Shown piece after piece: positions 10,240-21,249 of a stretch of 64,000 nt of DNA. This DNA is from Candidatus Latescibacterota bacterium (GTDB lineage: Bacteria > Latescibacterota > CBDEFO01). The translations under genes were made by a program, and so were the position numbers. Below the pieces are notes generated by a model. It worked only from the letters and a program-made list of their open reading frames with translations. It did not search any database and was not told the origin of the DNA. The stretch covers positions 672,001 to 736,000 of the forward strand of contig CBDEFO010000008.1 in assembly GCA_965237525.1 (NCBI GenBank), in the 5' to 3' direction. Every line of letters starts with the position of its first letter. Position 1 is the stretch's first letter.

Positions 10240-10980
10240 CTATCCCCTGTCGCGCACCACTTCTGCAGCTTTGGCCCAGGGGTAGTCCGGATCATCGGCC
10301 TGTGCATCGCGATAAGTTGGGAGCCACACCCACCGATCTGCCCGTGATCTGTTTGGATGACTTGCATGTAGCATCAGATCGTGAAAGAACACCGCTCCAC
10401 CGGCACCAAGTTCTGCCGTTACAGCCGCACTTTCATCTACCGCGTCAGGACGAAGCCGATGTTCGAATCCGAAACCATCATTTGTATCCCCATCGTGAAC
10501 AACGAAAGCCTTGTGGGAGCGGGGCAGTAATTTCAGGCAGCCGTTCTCCACTGTGGCATCGTTCAGCGCGACCCACACAGAAATCTTTTGACTCCCCTTC
10601 CAGTACGGCCAATCCTGGTGCCAAGGGCTGCCGAAATCTGTTGATTCGTTCTTGAAGACTACCTTGTCACTTAAAAAAGAGATGTTGGGACTGATGACCG
10701 CTTCGAGGATGTCAAGCAGTCGCTCATCACTCACCGCACGGCGATACAGTTGGCTCTTCACTGCCAGACCCACGTACACCCTATTATGCAAGACCTACCC
10801 AGGATCCTTCCCAGCTCGGGCGGCCTCACGCCGCACTTCATCCAGGATATAACCGATCTCCTCTTTGAACACTTTCATCTCATCTTGATCAAATAGATCG
10901 GGGACGATAACAAAACCGTGCTCAACAAAGCCGTCGCAGACTTCCTCAAATGATGGGCGATCTTTCCCCTTCCTTCTACT
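10240..10980 (-). pseudogene. Phytanoyl-CoA dioxygenase (PhyH) family gene with in-frame TAG and no clear start
   Basis: FVEHGFVIVPDLF upstream is in frame with PWHQDW and HASHPN. TAG at 10795-10797. Confidence 0.75.
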
Positions 10981-11086
10981 TTAACATCTGCGTGGTTTCA
11001 AAGCGGAAAATTTGTACTCGATAAAGATACATAATATCAGCTACTTGTCAATATTCTTGTGCCTAAATTATCCCTATCAGTAAACG

Positions 11087-11112
11087 GTAAGGGCAGACCC
11101 GCGGGTCTGCCC
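11087..11112. repeat. GTA(A/G)-headed REP-like perfect hairpin
   Basis: gtaa-gggcagaccc-gc-gggtctgccc. Confidence 0.6.
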
Positions 11113-11128
11113 CCAGTCAGTAGATAGG

Positions 11129-11151
11129 CCCTCGATAGATTCAGTCGGGGG
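11129..11151. repeat. REP-like palindrome, copy 2 (degenerate)
   Basis: ccctcgatagattcagtcggggg, preceded by gtagatag. Confidence 0.6.
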
Positions 11152-11300
11152 CAGGGACGAATCTTCGCTCCCCTGTATGCTCCTTACTTAAAATATCGTC
11201 TCGGTCAGCCCGCCATCTGCAAAAACTTCCACCCTGAACCGAAATTCTTCATTGTTTCCGCGGCTCGAACTGAGGTATCGAAGAACTTCTTGAGGAGAAA

Positions 11301-11798
11301 TCAGTTAGTGACTCCTCGCTCGCCCAAGTGTCTGTCCAGCATCAGTAAAGCGGTGTCCTGGTCTCCTATCATCTTCAACTGCTCTATGATCTGGGTGGTT
11401 ACTTTTTCCTCTTCGACCTGTTCTGTGATGAACCACTGCAACTCCACCTGGGTTGCGTAGTCGTTCTCCTCAACCGAGAGCTCGTAGAGTCGGTGGATCT
11501 TCCCTGTCACCTCCTGCTCGTGTTCCAGGACCTGCTTGAAGATGGCCAGCGGCGATTTGAACTCCGAAGGCGGCTGATCGATAGCCTGAAGAACCACGCG
11601 GCCGCCTCGATCGTAAATATAGTCGAAGAGCCTCATAGCGTGTGAATACTCCTCCTGGCTTTGCAGTCGCATCCAGCGGGCAGACCCCAGAAGATTGATC
11701 GTTTCGCAATATGTGGACATCGAAAGGTACAGATAAGAGGAGTAGAGCTCATCTTTGATCTGTTCGTTGATCGCGTCTTGAACTGTCTTTTTTAGCAT
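11301..11798 (-). CDS. ftnA: Non-heme ferritin
   Basis: ELYSSYLY, QEEYSHA, LQWFITEQVEEE ferroxidase residues. Confidence 0.95.
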   Translation of the reverse strand: MLKKTVQDAINEQIKDELYSSYLYLSMSTYCETINLLGSARWMRLQSQEEYSHAMRLFDYIYDRGGRVVLQAIDQPPSEFKSPLAIFKQVLEHEQEVTGKIHRLYELSVEENDYATQVELQWFITEQVEEEKVTTQIIEQLKMIGDQDTALLMLDRHLGERGVTN

Positions 11799-11896
11799 CC
11801 CTTTGCTCCCTTCTATAAGAATAGATAGAATTGACGATTACTATATTTAAACTTGCGTTATACAGCAGGTTAGGTACTGCTGGCTCCTTAAATAAG

Positions 11897-11958
11897 AACA
11901 GACAAGAATGTCTATCCTACCGACATACAAAAAGGTGGGTCAGACATTCCTATCTGGC
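11897..11958. repeat. Divergent REP doublet (GT[A/G]G..AGACATTC.T.TCTG)
   Basis: Minus: gtaggatagacattcttgtctg. Plus: gtgggtcagacattcctatctgg. Confidence 0.55.
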
Positions 11959-11959
11959 C

Positions 11960-12185
11960 AAAGTTATGGCTCTTCTGGGAATGAGTCCATCTCATTAGTA
12001 ACAGTATCCTTGTCCGCACTAATTTTCCAGTACCATACGGTTCCGTCCGATAGAGAGAGACCCCACTGGCAATGCCCTCTCTATTATTATCTTTGCTATC
12101 CCAGACTACAGAGCGATTGCCCGCATTCATCTCTCCATCCATCGAATTCGGAACCTTATGTCCTAACATATTATACACGGATATG
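11960..12185 (-). pseudogene. Remnant FlgD-Ig / secretion C-terminal domain
   Basis: YNMLGHKV...AGNRSVVWDSKDNNREGIASGVSLYR, with no N-terminal body. Confidence 0.6.
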
Positions 12186-12291
12186 TTGATTTAGGTTTGA
12201 ACACGAAGATCATAATAAATCACTTTCTTAGGTCAGAATAGAGAGATTCAACAACACTAGATACTCGAGGTGATACTTCAACCTGTCGTCA

Positions 12292-13335
12292 TTATACCTG
12301 GTAGGTCTGCCACGTGCCCAGACAGCCGTGGCCCCGGCGAACGTGTAGGACGCCTTTAGCCGGCTCGGCGATGTATCCTGATATGGAGTGCATCCCCTTT
12401 TCTCCGTGCCTGCATATGCCGCTTGCCTCATTTTGGTGGTCTGCTAGGATAGTCTTTAAGGTCTCTACAGTTATCTTTCCCCAGTTTTCCACGATCAGGA
12501 CACGCATACGGGCAAGTCGGGGGCAGGAATCGGGAAGGGAATTGGTCTCAAAGGGGGAAAACTGGGGCGTCAAGTAATGGTTGGTGTGTACGCAGAGGTG
12601 CGGATGTTCATCCTCAAAGAGGGCGATTCCCTCAGGACGAACCTCGACGTCGGCGATTTTACCCAGGCTGTCGCATAGAACCACGTTGTGTGCTGAGCAC
12701 GTCCGGTGCCGCTCCAAGAGTTCCACGCACTCCTCTACGGTCTCTTTTTCCAGCATTACCCGCTTTAGGGGATAGTGGGGCAGACCGTGACGCCACTGAT
12801 AGTCGTACAGAGCATTGGCAAAGTGAGTCAGACCGTGTTCGTTCATTCCCGAGTAGCCGAGTTGTCCGGCAAAGGTGAACATGAGCGCTCTTGGACGACC
12901 ATCGGCAGGCTTTACCCGAAGCAATATTGCCACGTCTGCGTATTCTGGCTCCAGGTCCTGGTTCTGGCCGGCAAGGGGCTGGCCGTCGGCTGCTGTGGCC
13001 GTTCCTGCCCAGGCAAAGGCGGAGCACCCCTCCATCGTCCCCGAACTGACTTGGGCGGACTCAGCGCGGACTTGGCAGAGCATCGCCTCTTCAAAGCTTA
13101 TAGCTGCCCCGTCAGCAAGGCCGCGTACCTCCTCCAGGAAAGGGGGACTTAGTATTTCCATTTCGTGCCTAAAGGCCATAGCGTTTTTGCGTAGTACACT
13201 CACTGGTGTGTGCGTTAGCTTCTCTATCCATGAAATGTATCGCCTCACCAGCTCGGCAGCCTGGACACCATGCTGGTAGCCCATCTCATAGGAACTTCCC
13301 TGCACCTCGATCAGGGGGAATGCATGACCTGTCAT
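12292..13335 (-). CDS. C45 family autoproteolytic acyltransferase/hydrolase (Ntn-hydrolase)
   Basis: GSSYEMGYQHG, EGCS cleavage site, GQNQD, GMNEHG, HTNHY. Confidence 0.88.
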   Translation of the reverse strand: MTGHAFPLIEVQGSSYEMGYQHGVQAAELVRRYISWIEKLTHTPVSVLRKNAMAFRHEMEILSPPFLEEVRGLADGAAISFEEAMLCQVRAESAQVSSGTMEGCSAFAWAGTATAADGQPLAGQNQDLEPEYADVAILLRVKPADGRPRALMFTFAGQLGYSGMNEHGLTHFANALYDYQWRHGLPHYPLKRVMLEKETVEECVELLERHRTCSAHNVVLCDSLGKIADVEVRPEGIALFEDEHPHLCVHTNHYLTPQFSPFETNSLPDSCPRLARMRVLIVENWGKITVETLKTILADHQNEASGICRHGEKGMHSISGYIAEPAKGVLHVRRGHGCLGTWQTYQV

Positions 13336-13399
13336 ATTATCACTTGCCTCTACAAGTAGACACTCTGAAGGGAAGGATATTGATATGCTGTAGCCTTGT

Positions 13400-14188
13400 T
13401 CAGGAGTGCGCCCCTACGGCTGCTTGACGCATCTTTTGAGCCTTCATTTCGGCCCCTGTCTTAAGATGAATGACCTCATTACCATAGCTTGCCATCGTTA
13501 TGCCCATCTTCATCCACTCTATAAGCAATTCCACGTCGTTCTGCTGACAGCCGGGTGCTGCGTCATGCCTTTTACAGGCCTCTATAACCTCTTTGACGCA
13601 CTCGAACATTTTGGGGTCTCCCTGCTTTCCGGGAATCCCGAGGTTGATCGAAAGATCGTTGGGTCCGATAAATGCGGCGTCCACACCCTCCACAGACAGA
13701 AGATCGTCTATCCTTTCAATCGCAGTGGAGCTTTCTATCTGAATTGCGATCATCGTCTCACGATTGGCCTCCACTATATAATCTTGCATGGGCGTGCTCT
13801 CGTAGTCCAAAGCCACGGGTCTGAGCGCCGAGCCCCTCCTCCCCCAAGGCGGAAACTTGGTAGATTCGATTATTCTTTCGACCTGCTCCTTCGTCTCAAC
13901 TCTCGGAATAATAAGCCCCATAGCCCCTGAATCTAATGCCCTTGCCAAAAAGTGATAGATGGGATCGGGGACTCTCATAAAGGGCATAATCCCTATAGCT
14001 CTTCCCTCCTTCATCAGCAGCCTGGCTGTGTCCTCATTATACGGAGAATGCTCTGCGTCCACAACGAAAAAGTCAAAGCCTGCATCGCCTAAAATCCTTA
14101 CAGCCTCGGGGTCTTTCATAAGGTTAAGAAATGTACCTATCGAAGTCTTCCCATCCTTGAGGTCCCACTTTACCTTATTCTCTATCAT
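13400..14188 (-). CDS. HpcH/HpaI aldolase family protein
   Basis: DAEHSP, ALDSGAMG, IQIES, FIGPNDLS. Confidence 0.92.
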   Translation of the reverse strand: MIENKVKWDLKDGKTSIGTFLNLMKDPEAVRILGDAGFDFFVVDAEHSPYNEDTARLLMKEGRAIGIMPFMRVPDPIYHFLARALDSGAMGLIIPRVETKEQVERIIESTKFPPWGRRGSALRPVALDYESTPMQDYIVEANRETMIAIQIESSTAIERIDDLLSVEGVDAAFIGPNDLSINLGIPGKQGDPKMFECVKEVIEACKRHDAAPGCQQNDVELLIEWMKMGITMASYGNEVIHLKTGAEMKAQKMRQAAVGAHS

Positions 14189-14246
14189 CTTAATATCCTT
14201 CCGTTGGGAGTAGGACAGGGTTGTCCCGTCTACTGGCTACTGTCCC

Positions 14247-14831
14247 CTATTTTACGACATTTCTGATCCAATCCCACACAAAGTCTTTTCCGTCTTTCGT
14301 CCTGGCTGAAAAGGGTACAACAGGAGAAGTCTCGAGTTCGTGTAACAGTTCTCCAAAGGTGTCCGTCTGCAGTTGCAGGTCATTTTTTGAGACTTTGTCA
14401 GATTTTGTCAAAACTAAAAGGAATGGCTTCTTGTAGTAAAGGAGCCATTCCATCATCTTCAGGTCGTTCTTCTGCGGATCGTGTCTTGCATCTATCAGTT
14501 GGATTATACCCTTGAGGTTTTTCCTTTTGAGCAGATAGGGCTCAACTAGATCGCCCCACTGTGCCCTTTCAAATTTGGGAGCCTTTGAAAATCCATATCC
14601 TGGAAGATCGACAAAGTGTAATTTATTATCGATTCTGTAGTAGTTTAAGGATCTTGTCTTGCCGGGTGTAGAACTCGTTTTGGCAAGATTCTTGCGCCTT
14701 AACAGGACATTTATCATGGACGATTTCCCGACGTTCGACCTGCCTGAAAAGGCGACTTCCGGGAGATATCCGCAGGGAAGGTCATCAACTGTGTAAAACG
14801 ATCTTACAAACTCCGCAGATACTATTTTCAT
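14247..14831 (-). CDS. engB: Ribosome biogenesis GTPase YihA/YsxC
   Basis: GRSNVGKSS, STPGKT, DLPGYG, TKSDK. Lies downstream of clpX. Confidence 0.95.
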   Translation of the reverse strand: MKIVSAEFVRSFYTVDDLPCGYLPEVAFSGRSNVGKSSMINVLLRRKNLAKTSSTPGKTRSLNYYRIDNKLHFVDLPGYGFSKAPKFERAQWGDLVEPYLLKRKNLKGIIQLIDARHDPQKNDLKMMEWLLYYKKPFLLVLTKSDKVSKNDLQLQTDTFGELLHELETSPVVPFSARTKDGKDFVWDWIRNVVK

Positions 14832-14942
14832 AACCTTATAAAAATATCCGGGATCAAGCGTTGACTCCGTATGACAACCCCGGATACTAATAGTAGACAG
14901 GGCCTCTCTTTGCTCCTAACTACTTTCTGCTTCATGCTTGTA

Positions 14943-16184
14943 CTAAGCTCGCCTCTTCTTTATCCTGTAATCTGGCTGTGACCCCTTTTCTATGACATCC
15001 TCAGTAATTACGACGTCTTCGACGTCGTGCATAGATGGGATCTCGTACATAATGTCCAGTATCACATCCTCAAAGACCGCTCTCAATCCCCTTGCACCGG
15101 TGCCCTTCTTCGTGGCTATTTCAACAACTTTCTTTAAGGCGTTATCCTCAAACGAAAGCCTTATGCCGTCCATGTCGAAGAGCTTTCGGTACTGTTTGGT
15201 GATGGCGTTTTTGGGCCTTATGAGTATATCCAGAAGGGCATCTTCGCCCAGATCGTCAAGTGTGCTTACAATAGGGATCCTCCCTATAAGTTCAGGTATA
15301 AATCCGTATTTCAAAAGGTCGTCAGGCTCGACCTGGGCAAGTGTCTCTCCTATGCTCTGCTTGCTGTTATCTTTCACCTTTGCCCTGAAGCCTATTGTCT
15401 TTTTCCCTATCCTGTGGGAGATGACGTCCTCAAGTCCGTCGAAAGCGCCGCCGCAGATGAAGAGTATGTTTTTTGTGTTCATCTGTATTAACGGTTGTTC
15501 CGGGTGCTTCCTCCCACCTTTGGGCGGAACGCTGACTATCGCTCCCTCTAATATCTTCAAGAGGGCCTGTTGGACACCCTCTCCCGAAACGTCCCTTGTG
15601 ATAGAGGGATTAACTGATTTCCGGGAGATTTTATCTATCTCGTCAATATACGCTATTCCTTTTTCGGCGCTGGTAATATTGTAATCGGCAGACTGAAGGA
15701 GTCTCACGAGTACGTTTTCCACGTCCTCTCCCACATATCCCGCCTCAGTAAGGGTGGTCGCATCCACTATGGTGAAGGGCACCTTGAGTATCTTTGCAAG
15801 GGTCTGTGCAAGGAGTGTTTTGCCTGTCCCGGTGGGTCCAATAAGGAGTATGTTGCTCTTTTCAAGTTCGACATCATCCATAGAAGCACTGTTGCCGATG
15901 CGCTTGTAATGATTATAGACGGCCACAGACAGAGACTTCTTCGCCATCTCTTGACCTACAACGTACTCATCCAGACGCTCTCTTATCTCGGCTGGCTTGG
16001 GAAGCGTTATATCCGCGAAGATCGCCTTTTGCTTGGCATCCTCCTCCAGGAGGATCTCGTTGCAGATCCTCAGGCAATCGGTGCATATACTGACCGAAGG
16101 CCCGCTGATCATCTTATCTACCTGACTTGCAGTCTTGTCGCAAAAAGAGCACCTTACATCCGACCTTGAAGATCTTTTTCTCAT
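14943..16184 (-). CDS. clpX: ATP-dependent Clp protease ATPase subunit ClpX
   Basis: Zn finger CSFC...[24 protein letters not shown] loop, IGF loop. Confidence 0.98.
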   Translation of the reverse strand: MRKRSSRSDVRCSFCDKTASQVDKMISGPSVSICTDCLRICNEILLEEDAKQKAIFADITLPKPAEIRERLDEYVVGQEMAKKSLSVAVYNHYKRIGNSASMDDVELEKSNILLIGPTGTGKTLLAQTLAKILKVPFTIVDATTLTEAGYVGEDVENVLVRLLQSADYNITSAEKGIAYIDEIDKISRKSVNPSITRDVSGEGVQQALLKILEGAIVSVPPKGGRKHPEQPLIQMNTKNILFICGGAFDGLEDVISHRIGKKTIGFRAKVKDNSKQSIGETLAQVEPDDLLKYGFIPELIGRIPIVSTLDDLGEDALLDILIRPKNAITKQYRKLFDMDGIRLSFEDNALKKVVEIATKKGTGARGLRAVFEDVILDIMYEIPSMHDVEDVVITEDVIEKGSQPDYRIKKRRA

Positions 16185-16294
16185 AGCTGTCCTTTCTCTA
16201 CCGTGAAAATTTGCAGGCACTCCAAGTTTAGTAGAAAGCAAACAGTAAACAATTTACTGGTAAGGGAGAGGGGCTCTGACTACTCACTACTTTT

Positions 16295-16908
16295 TTAGTC
16301 TTCGTCCTCAATTTCGTCTTCATCTTCCTTCTGTGTGGAGATGACTTCATCTATAAGGCCGTATTCTACTGACTCTTGGGGAGACATAAAGAAGTTCCTG
16401 TCGGTGTCCTTTTCGATCTTTTCTATCGGCTGACCCGTGTGTTCGGATAGGATCTTGTTGAGACTCTGCCGCATTCTGACTATCTCCTGGGCGTGGATAT
16501 CTATATCTGAGGCCTGACCTCCGACCTGCCCCCAGGGCTGGTGCATCATAATCCTTGCGTGCGGAAGCGCAAATCTTTTGCCGTTGGTCCCCGCAGCCAA
16601 AAGGACCGCGCCCATACTTGCGGCTTCTCCCATGCATATAGTGGAAATGTCGGGTTTTATAAATTGCATAGTATCATATACAGCTAACCCAGATGATACG
16701 AACCCACCGGGGGTGTTGATATAGACTGATATTTCCTTTTCGGGGTCCTCGGACGCCAGAGCAAAAGCTGGGCGATCACCAAATTGGCTATCGTATCGTC
16801 TATAGGCATCCCTATAAATATAATCCTCTCCTTCAAAAGACGGGAGAAGATGTCCATTGCCCTTTCGCCCCGGCCCGTCTGTTCTATTACCATCGGAACT
16901 AAAGCCAT
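16295..16908 (-). CDS. clpP: ClpP protease subunit with a one-base frameshift near 16760 (likely sequence error)
   Basis: [25 protein letters not shown]...AQLL, then a shifted frame [19 protein letters not shown]...AASMG...HQP. Confidence 0.92.
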
Positions 16909-16924
16909 AGTTCTCCTCTACTTT

Positions 16925-18217
16925 TCAAGCCTTGATTATCTTCTTTTCCTTTATGACTTTTTCTTCCTTTACGTCCGCATTTTCGATCAAAACGGACATA
17001 ACCTTTTCTTCCAACATGTCAAACTTTATGTTGTCTATGCTATTGTCCCTTTCCAATTTCCTCCTCATCTCCAACGGTGACATATTATTAATTTGAGCAA
17101 GTTCCTTTACTCTGCTTTCGACCTCTTCATCTGTAACCTCAAGGCCTTCTTTTTCGGCGATAGCATCCAAGAGCACACGCCACTTGGTCCTTTTCAAAGC
17201 CTCATCACGGCCTTGCTTCCTTATCTTCTCCTCATCAACGTCCTTGTATTTTTCTCTTATGTTACTCAAGTAAGCTTCAATATAGCTTTCGACCATCGCC
17301 TGGGGGACTTCAAAGTCGTTGGCTTCCACTATTTGATCTTTTAGACTGTTTTGCATCTTCTCGGTTGAGATATAGCTGACTTCTCTTTCTAATTTCTTCC
17401 TAACAGCAGCTCTTAAATCCTCAAGTGACGCGTAATCACCCACATCTTTGGCAAACTCCTCGTCTAAATCGGGGACTATCCTTTCTTTTACGTCCTTAAC
17501 TGCGACCTGAACGTGGTACTCTCTGCCAGCAAGGCTTCTATCTTCCAGGTCTTCGTTGTACTTGAACCTTATCTTCCTCTGTTCTCCCTTCTTAATTCCA
17601 ACTAATTGATTATCGAAATCCCGGCTGGTGGAGTTCTCTCCCCCTATTTGTATGAGCTGGTCTTCAGATTTTTCCCCGACAAGGGGGACACCATCAGGAG
17701 AAAGTTCCTGTAAATCCATAAGCAGAAGATCTCCCACCTTTGCCTGGCGTTCTACGCCCTGTTCTAAAGAGTGTCCTTCCTGAATATATTTCAGCCTCTC
17801 CTCAACATCTTTGTCGGCGACCTCGTATATCTCCTTAATCACCCTTATATCTTCATATCCTTGGGGGTCTATATCGGGCTTCACCTCCACGGAAGCTGTG
17901 AACTTGAGCGGTTGTCCTTCTTCGTACTCGATCTGATCTATGGAGGCCTGACTGACCGGTTCTATATCCTGGGAGTGTATCGCCTCATTGTATAAAATGG
18001 GCAGAAGGTCATTTAAGACTTCCGCCTCGATGGAGCTCCCGATGCGGATCTTAATTATATCTACAGGTACCTTTCCCTTTCTAAAGCCCGGAATCTGCAT
18101 TGTCCTTCTGTACTTTTTGTAGACTTTGTCCAGTTCCCTCTGTACTCTCTCGGGCGGAGCTTCAATCTCCAGTTCCCTTTTGACAGAGTTGGTCTCTTTG
18201 ACCGTTACTTTAAGCAT
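16925..18217 (-). CDS. tig: Trigger factor
   Basis: PGFRKGKVP signature. Lies upstream of clpP-clpX. Confidence 0.96.
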   Translation of the reverse strand: MLKVTVKETNSVKRELEIEAPPERVQRELDKVYKKYRRTMQIPGFRKGKVPVDIIKIRIGSSIEAEVLNDLLPILYNEAIHSQDIEPVSQASIDQIEYEEGQPLKFTASVEVKPDIDPQGYEDIRVIKEIYEVADKDVEERLKYIQEGHSLEQGVERQAKVGDLLLMDLQELSPDGVPLVGEKSEDQLIQIGGENSTSRDFDNQLVGIKKGEQRKIRFKYNEDLEDRSLAGREYHVQVAVKDVKERIVPDLDEEFAKDVGDYASLEDLRAAVRKKLEREVSYISTEKMQNSLKDQIVEANDFEVPQAMVESYIEAYLSNIREKYKDVDEEKIRKQGRDEALKRTKWRVLLDAIAEKEGLEVTDEEVESRVKELAQINNMSPLEMRRKLERDNSIDNIKFDMLEEKVMSVLIENADVKEEKVIKEKKIIKA

Positions 18218-18289
18218 CTACATCCTTTCTTTTAGAGTAGCCAAGGGAACCTCTCCCTTGCCTATTTACTACTCAATCTGAGCCCGCAG

Positions 18290-18590
18290 GAGCGCCGTGG
18301 GCCCAAAGCTGTTTCCTGATGCGTCCGTTGCTAGCTATAACACGGAAAAGTATGGATGCTTCCCAGCTATAGCTTGACCAGCAAAAAGTGGGGTCTTTCG
18401 CCCGATGGCCGTGTTTAGACAGAAAGGTCTCAATCTGCCCATGCCTCCTGTTCTTCGCTTGAACAGGCGAACTCACGGATACCACCAATGCTTTCATCGG
18501 TATGCAACTTGACGTAAGTAAACCTAGGACCGGCCATGAATGGTACAGGACGAATTTCAAGTTGCGTAATCGTCAGGGTTATTCTTTCGC
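18290..18590 (-). pseudogene. Relic of mandelate racemase/enolase-superfamily N-terminus
   Basis: LTITQLEIRPV...PRFTYVKLHTDESIGGIRE, followed by a stop. Confidence 0.45.
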
Positions 18591-19469
18591 CAGTTCGGAA
18601 GGTAGCCTTCCCTTTTCCCAAATCCATAAGACGGACCGATTTGGATTTCAGTTGAGCAAGGCCACGCTTGTCCACCTATGATCCGATATTCATCTCCCTT
18701 TCCGCACAACCAATAGAACATATGAGCAAAGTATCTGGCCACGCCATGACCACCATAATAGGCAGTGCGAAAGTCAAAGTTCGGTTCAATAATCCAATCT
18801 CTTTCGGGAGGTACCGTTCGCCAGTAATTGTATTTCAGCATGTGACGGACCCCGTCTGCCGTGGATTCTCCCCTTCGATGTAGAATACTTTGAGAATGTA
18901 TGCCTATGGTCCCGGCGGGGTCCCTCAGTTGGAACGCCTTTTTCGCCCGCATCAGGACGGGCGGGGCCGATATGCGACCCTGGCACCAACTCAGTTGGTC
19001 CCATCTCAAGTGGGGTGTCCTGGGGAAAGTAAAAGACTTCGATAAAATTGATTTCAGGACCAAATATGTGGTCCGCATCACGATGCCATGCCTGGGCTGT
19101 ACCCGGACATTCACAACGGTGACTACTCACCAGAACTGGCAGACCCACGTTCCTACCAAGTAACGAGCGTAATACACCTGCTACTTGTGGATTCAGAAGG
19201 ACATGCTCAATAAACCAATCCTCCAGAAGGATTGTGCTTGGTCCACGCGAGTTGCGAATTCTCTCCAAATCCTCACGTGTGAGTCCCTCAGGAATGAAAC
19301 TGGGTTCAGCAGATATCTTTCCGTTCAAATAGTCACATGTTCGTTGATTAATATTTTCAGGGACAACGCCTTGAAGAAGTAGGAAACCATTTCTGCAAAA
19401 TTCCAGAACCTGTGAGTTGCTCAGGCTGGGATCGCAGTCAAATGTTCGATTAAGGCTATCGTATTTCAT
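18557..19469 (-). pseudogene. PhyH-family dioxygenase with +1 frameshift near 18917-18920
   Basis: FCRNGFLLL, WHRDAD, GPTELVPGSH in one frame; PAGTIGIHSQSILHRR in the other. Confidence 0.75.
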
Positions 19470-19599
19470 CGTGAATCATCTCAAGCTTTCCGACCCATCT
19501 CTTACTTTGAACTCGCAGCCAGTAAGTGTAAGAATAGTATCATTTGTTCAAAAGCAGTAAATCATATCAGTAGCTGTCATAGCAGGAATGTCACCGACA

Positions 19600-19703
19600 T
19601 GTCTGTTCGAGAATGGCGGCCTTTCATTACACCTCAAAGCCTCAGGCTGCACTAAGAATCCTGTTCGATCAAAACGGAATTGCTTCTTATCAGTCATAGT
19701 CAT
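19600..19703 (-). pseudogene. Short N-terminal relic of another PhyH-like gene
   Basis: MTMTDKKQFRFDRTGFLVQPEAL resembles the PhyH F.xxG(Y/F)LV start. Confidence 0.35.
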
Positions 19704-19739
19704 AAGTTATCGCTACGTAAAGGCATCCTACTAATCTGC

Positions 19740-19827
<88 letters not shown>

Positions 19828-19854
19828 TATTCGGCTCGCTTTGCAACACAGAAA

Positions 19855-19883
19855 AATATAACACTATAGCGCGAACTTGTCAA
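19855..19883 (-). promoter_or_regulatory. Promoter of tRNA-Leu
   Basis: TTGACA-N17-TATATT with extended TG. Confidence 0.7.
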
Positions 19884-19894
19884 ATAGTTTTGCG

Positions 19895-21238
19895 CTAAGC
19901 AAACATCTTCTCCACATCGGATATAGCCGAGGGCAAGGAGAAGATTACGGCCCTGTCATCGGGTTCAATTACGCTATCAGGTCTGGGGGAGGTCACCTTC
20001 CCATCTTTGACAAGCATGCCTAAGGTCGCGCCCTTGGGAAACTTTACATCTATTAAGGCTTTGCCCACTATCTTGGAGTCCCTGTTGGCTATCAGTTCTA
20101 TCACCTCAGCGTCCATACCCTTTATCCCCACCACTGAGACTATCCTACCGCGCCGCACAAACCTTAAGATTGTGTTTACAGTCGAGGAGTTCGGGTCAAC
20201 TGCTGCATCTATCCCTATGCTCGGCATCAGGGGTAGATAGTGCGGCTGGGTCACAATAGTGATGACTTTCTTTACGCCTATATGCTTGGCCAAAAGGCAC
20301 GCAAGGATATTAGTCTCTTGGTCGTCGGTCGCTGCCACCAGGCCGTCCATGTCCAATATCCCCTCCCTCGCCAAAAGGTCTATGTCCGTCCCGTCTCCGT
20401 GCAGGACCAGGACTTTGTCCATCTCATCGGCAAGGGACTGGGACCTTTCTCTGTCCGATTCGACCATCTTGACCTGGAGCTCTTCGTCTGCTAATAGCCT
20501 TGCGGCGTTTTTTGCCACTCGAGAGCCGCCGAGTATCATAACCCTTTGAAGTTTGTGGCTCCTTTCGCCCGTGAGCTTCACCACATCCTCTATCGACTCA
20601 GATTCGGCCATCACAAATACCTGATCGTTTATCCTTAGATAGTCATCGGCAGATGGGATGATCGTCCTTTCTGCCCTGTTTATGGCGACTACCCAAAAAT
20701 AGAGACCGGGAACGCTGGAACCTACATCTTTCAGCGTGCGGTTGACTATCGGAGAGTTCCTGTCTAACTTCAGGCCTATAAGCTGTATTTTGCCATCCTC
20801 GAACTCCACTATGTCTGTTGCCGCCGACATCTTTAAAAGCCTTACGGCCTCCTCTGCCGCCTCCTCCTCAGGGTTTATCATCAGGTCTATATTCAGCTTT
20901 TGGGGACTCAAAGCGGATGACCCTGTAAAGTATTCAGGATTTCGAACTCTGGCGACTTTCGTCTTTACGCTGAACTCTGAGGCGATCAAACAGGAGACGA
21001 TATTCACCTCGTCGGAGTCGGTAACAGCCAAGAAGATGTCGGCGTCATCTGCCCCGACATCTTTCAGCACCTTTGTGCTCGTTCCGCTCCCCCTCACCGT
21101 CAGAACGTCCATCTGCTCCGCGACACGGCGTCTTCGGTCTTCGTCCTTATCAACGACGATTATATCGTGTTCTTCCTTAGATAGATGCTCTGCGACACGG
21201 CGCCCGACTGTTCCTGCCCCGACCACTACTATTTTCAT
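19895..21238 (-). CDS. trkA: Trk potassium uptake NAD-binding subunit TrkA
   Basis: Two RCK N/C pairs. MKIVVVGAGTVG, ARVRNPEY, HGDGTD. Confidence 0.95.
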   Translation of the reverse strand: MKIVVVGAGTVGRRVAEHLSKEEHDIIVVDKDEDRRRRVAEQMDVLTVRGSGTSTKVLKDVGADDADIFLAVTDSDEVNIVSCLIASEFSVKTKVARVRNPEYFTGSSALSPQKLNIDLMINPEEEAAEEAVRLLKMSAATDIVEFEDGKIQLIGLKLDRNSPIVNRTLKDVGSSVPGLYFWVVAINRAERTIIPSADDYLRINDQVFVMAESESIEDVVKLTGERSHKLQRVMILGGSRVAKNAARLLADEELQVKMVESDRERSQSLADEMDKVLVLHGDGTDIDLLAREGILDMDGLVAATDDQETNILACLLAKHIGVKKVITIVTQPHYLPLMPSIGIDAAVDPNSSTVNTILRFVRRGRIVSVVGIKGMDAEVIELIANRDSKIVGKALIDVKFPKGATLGMLVKDGKVTSPRPDSVIEPDDRAVIFSLPSAISDVEKMFA

Positions 21239-21249
21239 TTTCCCCCCTA

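Noticed and set aside
14992..15684. Long antisense ORFs (e.g. opposite clpX, 41350..41967, 55563..56150, 61496..62227)
   Set aside because: Shadow frames of well-supported genes, with no recognisable motifs.
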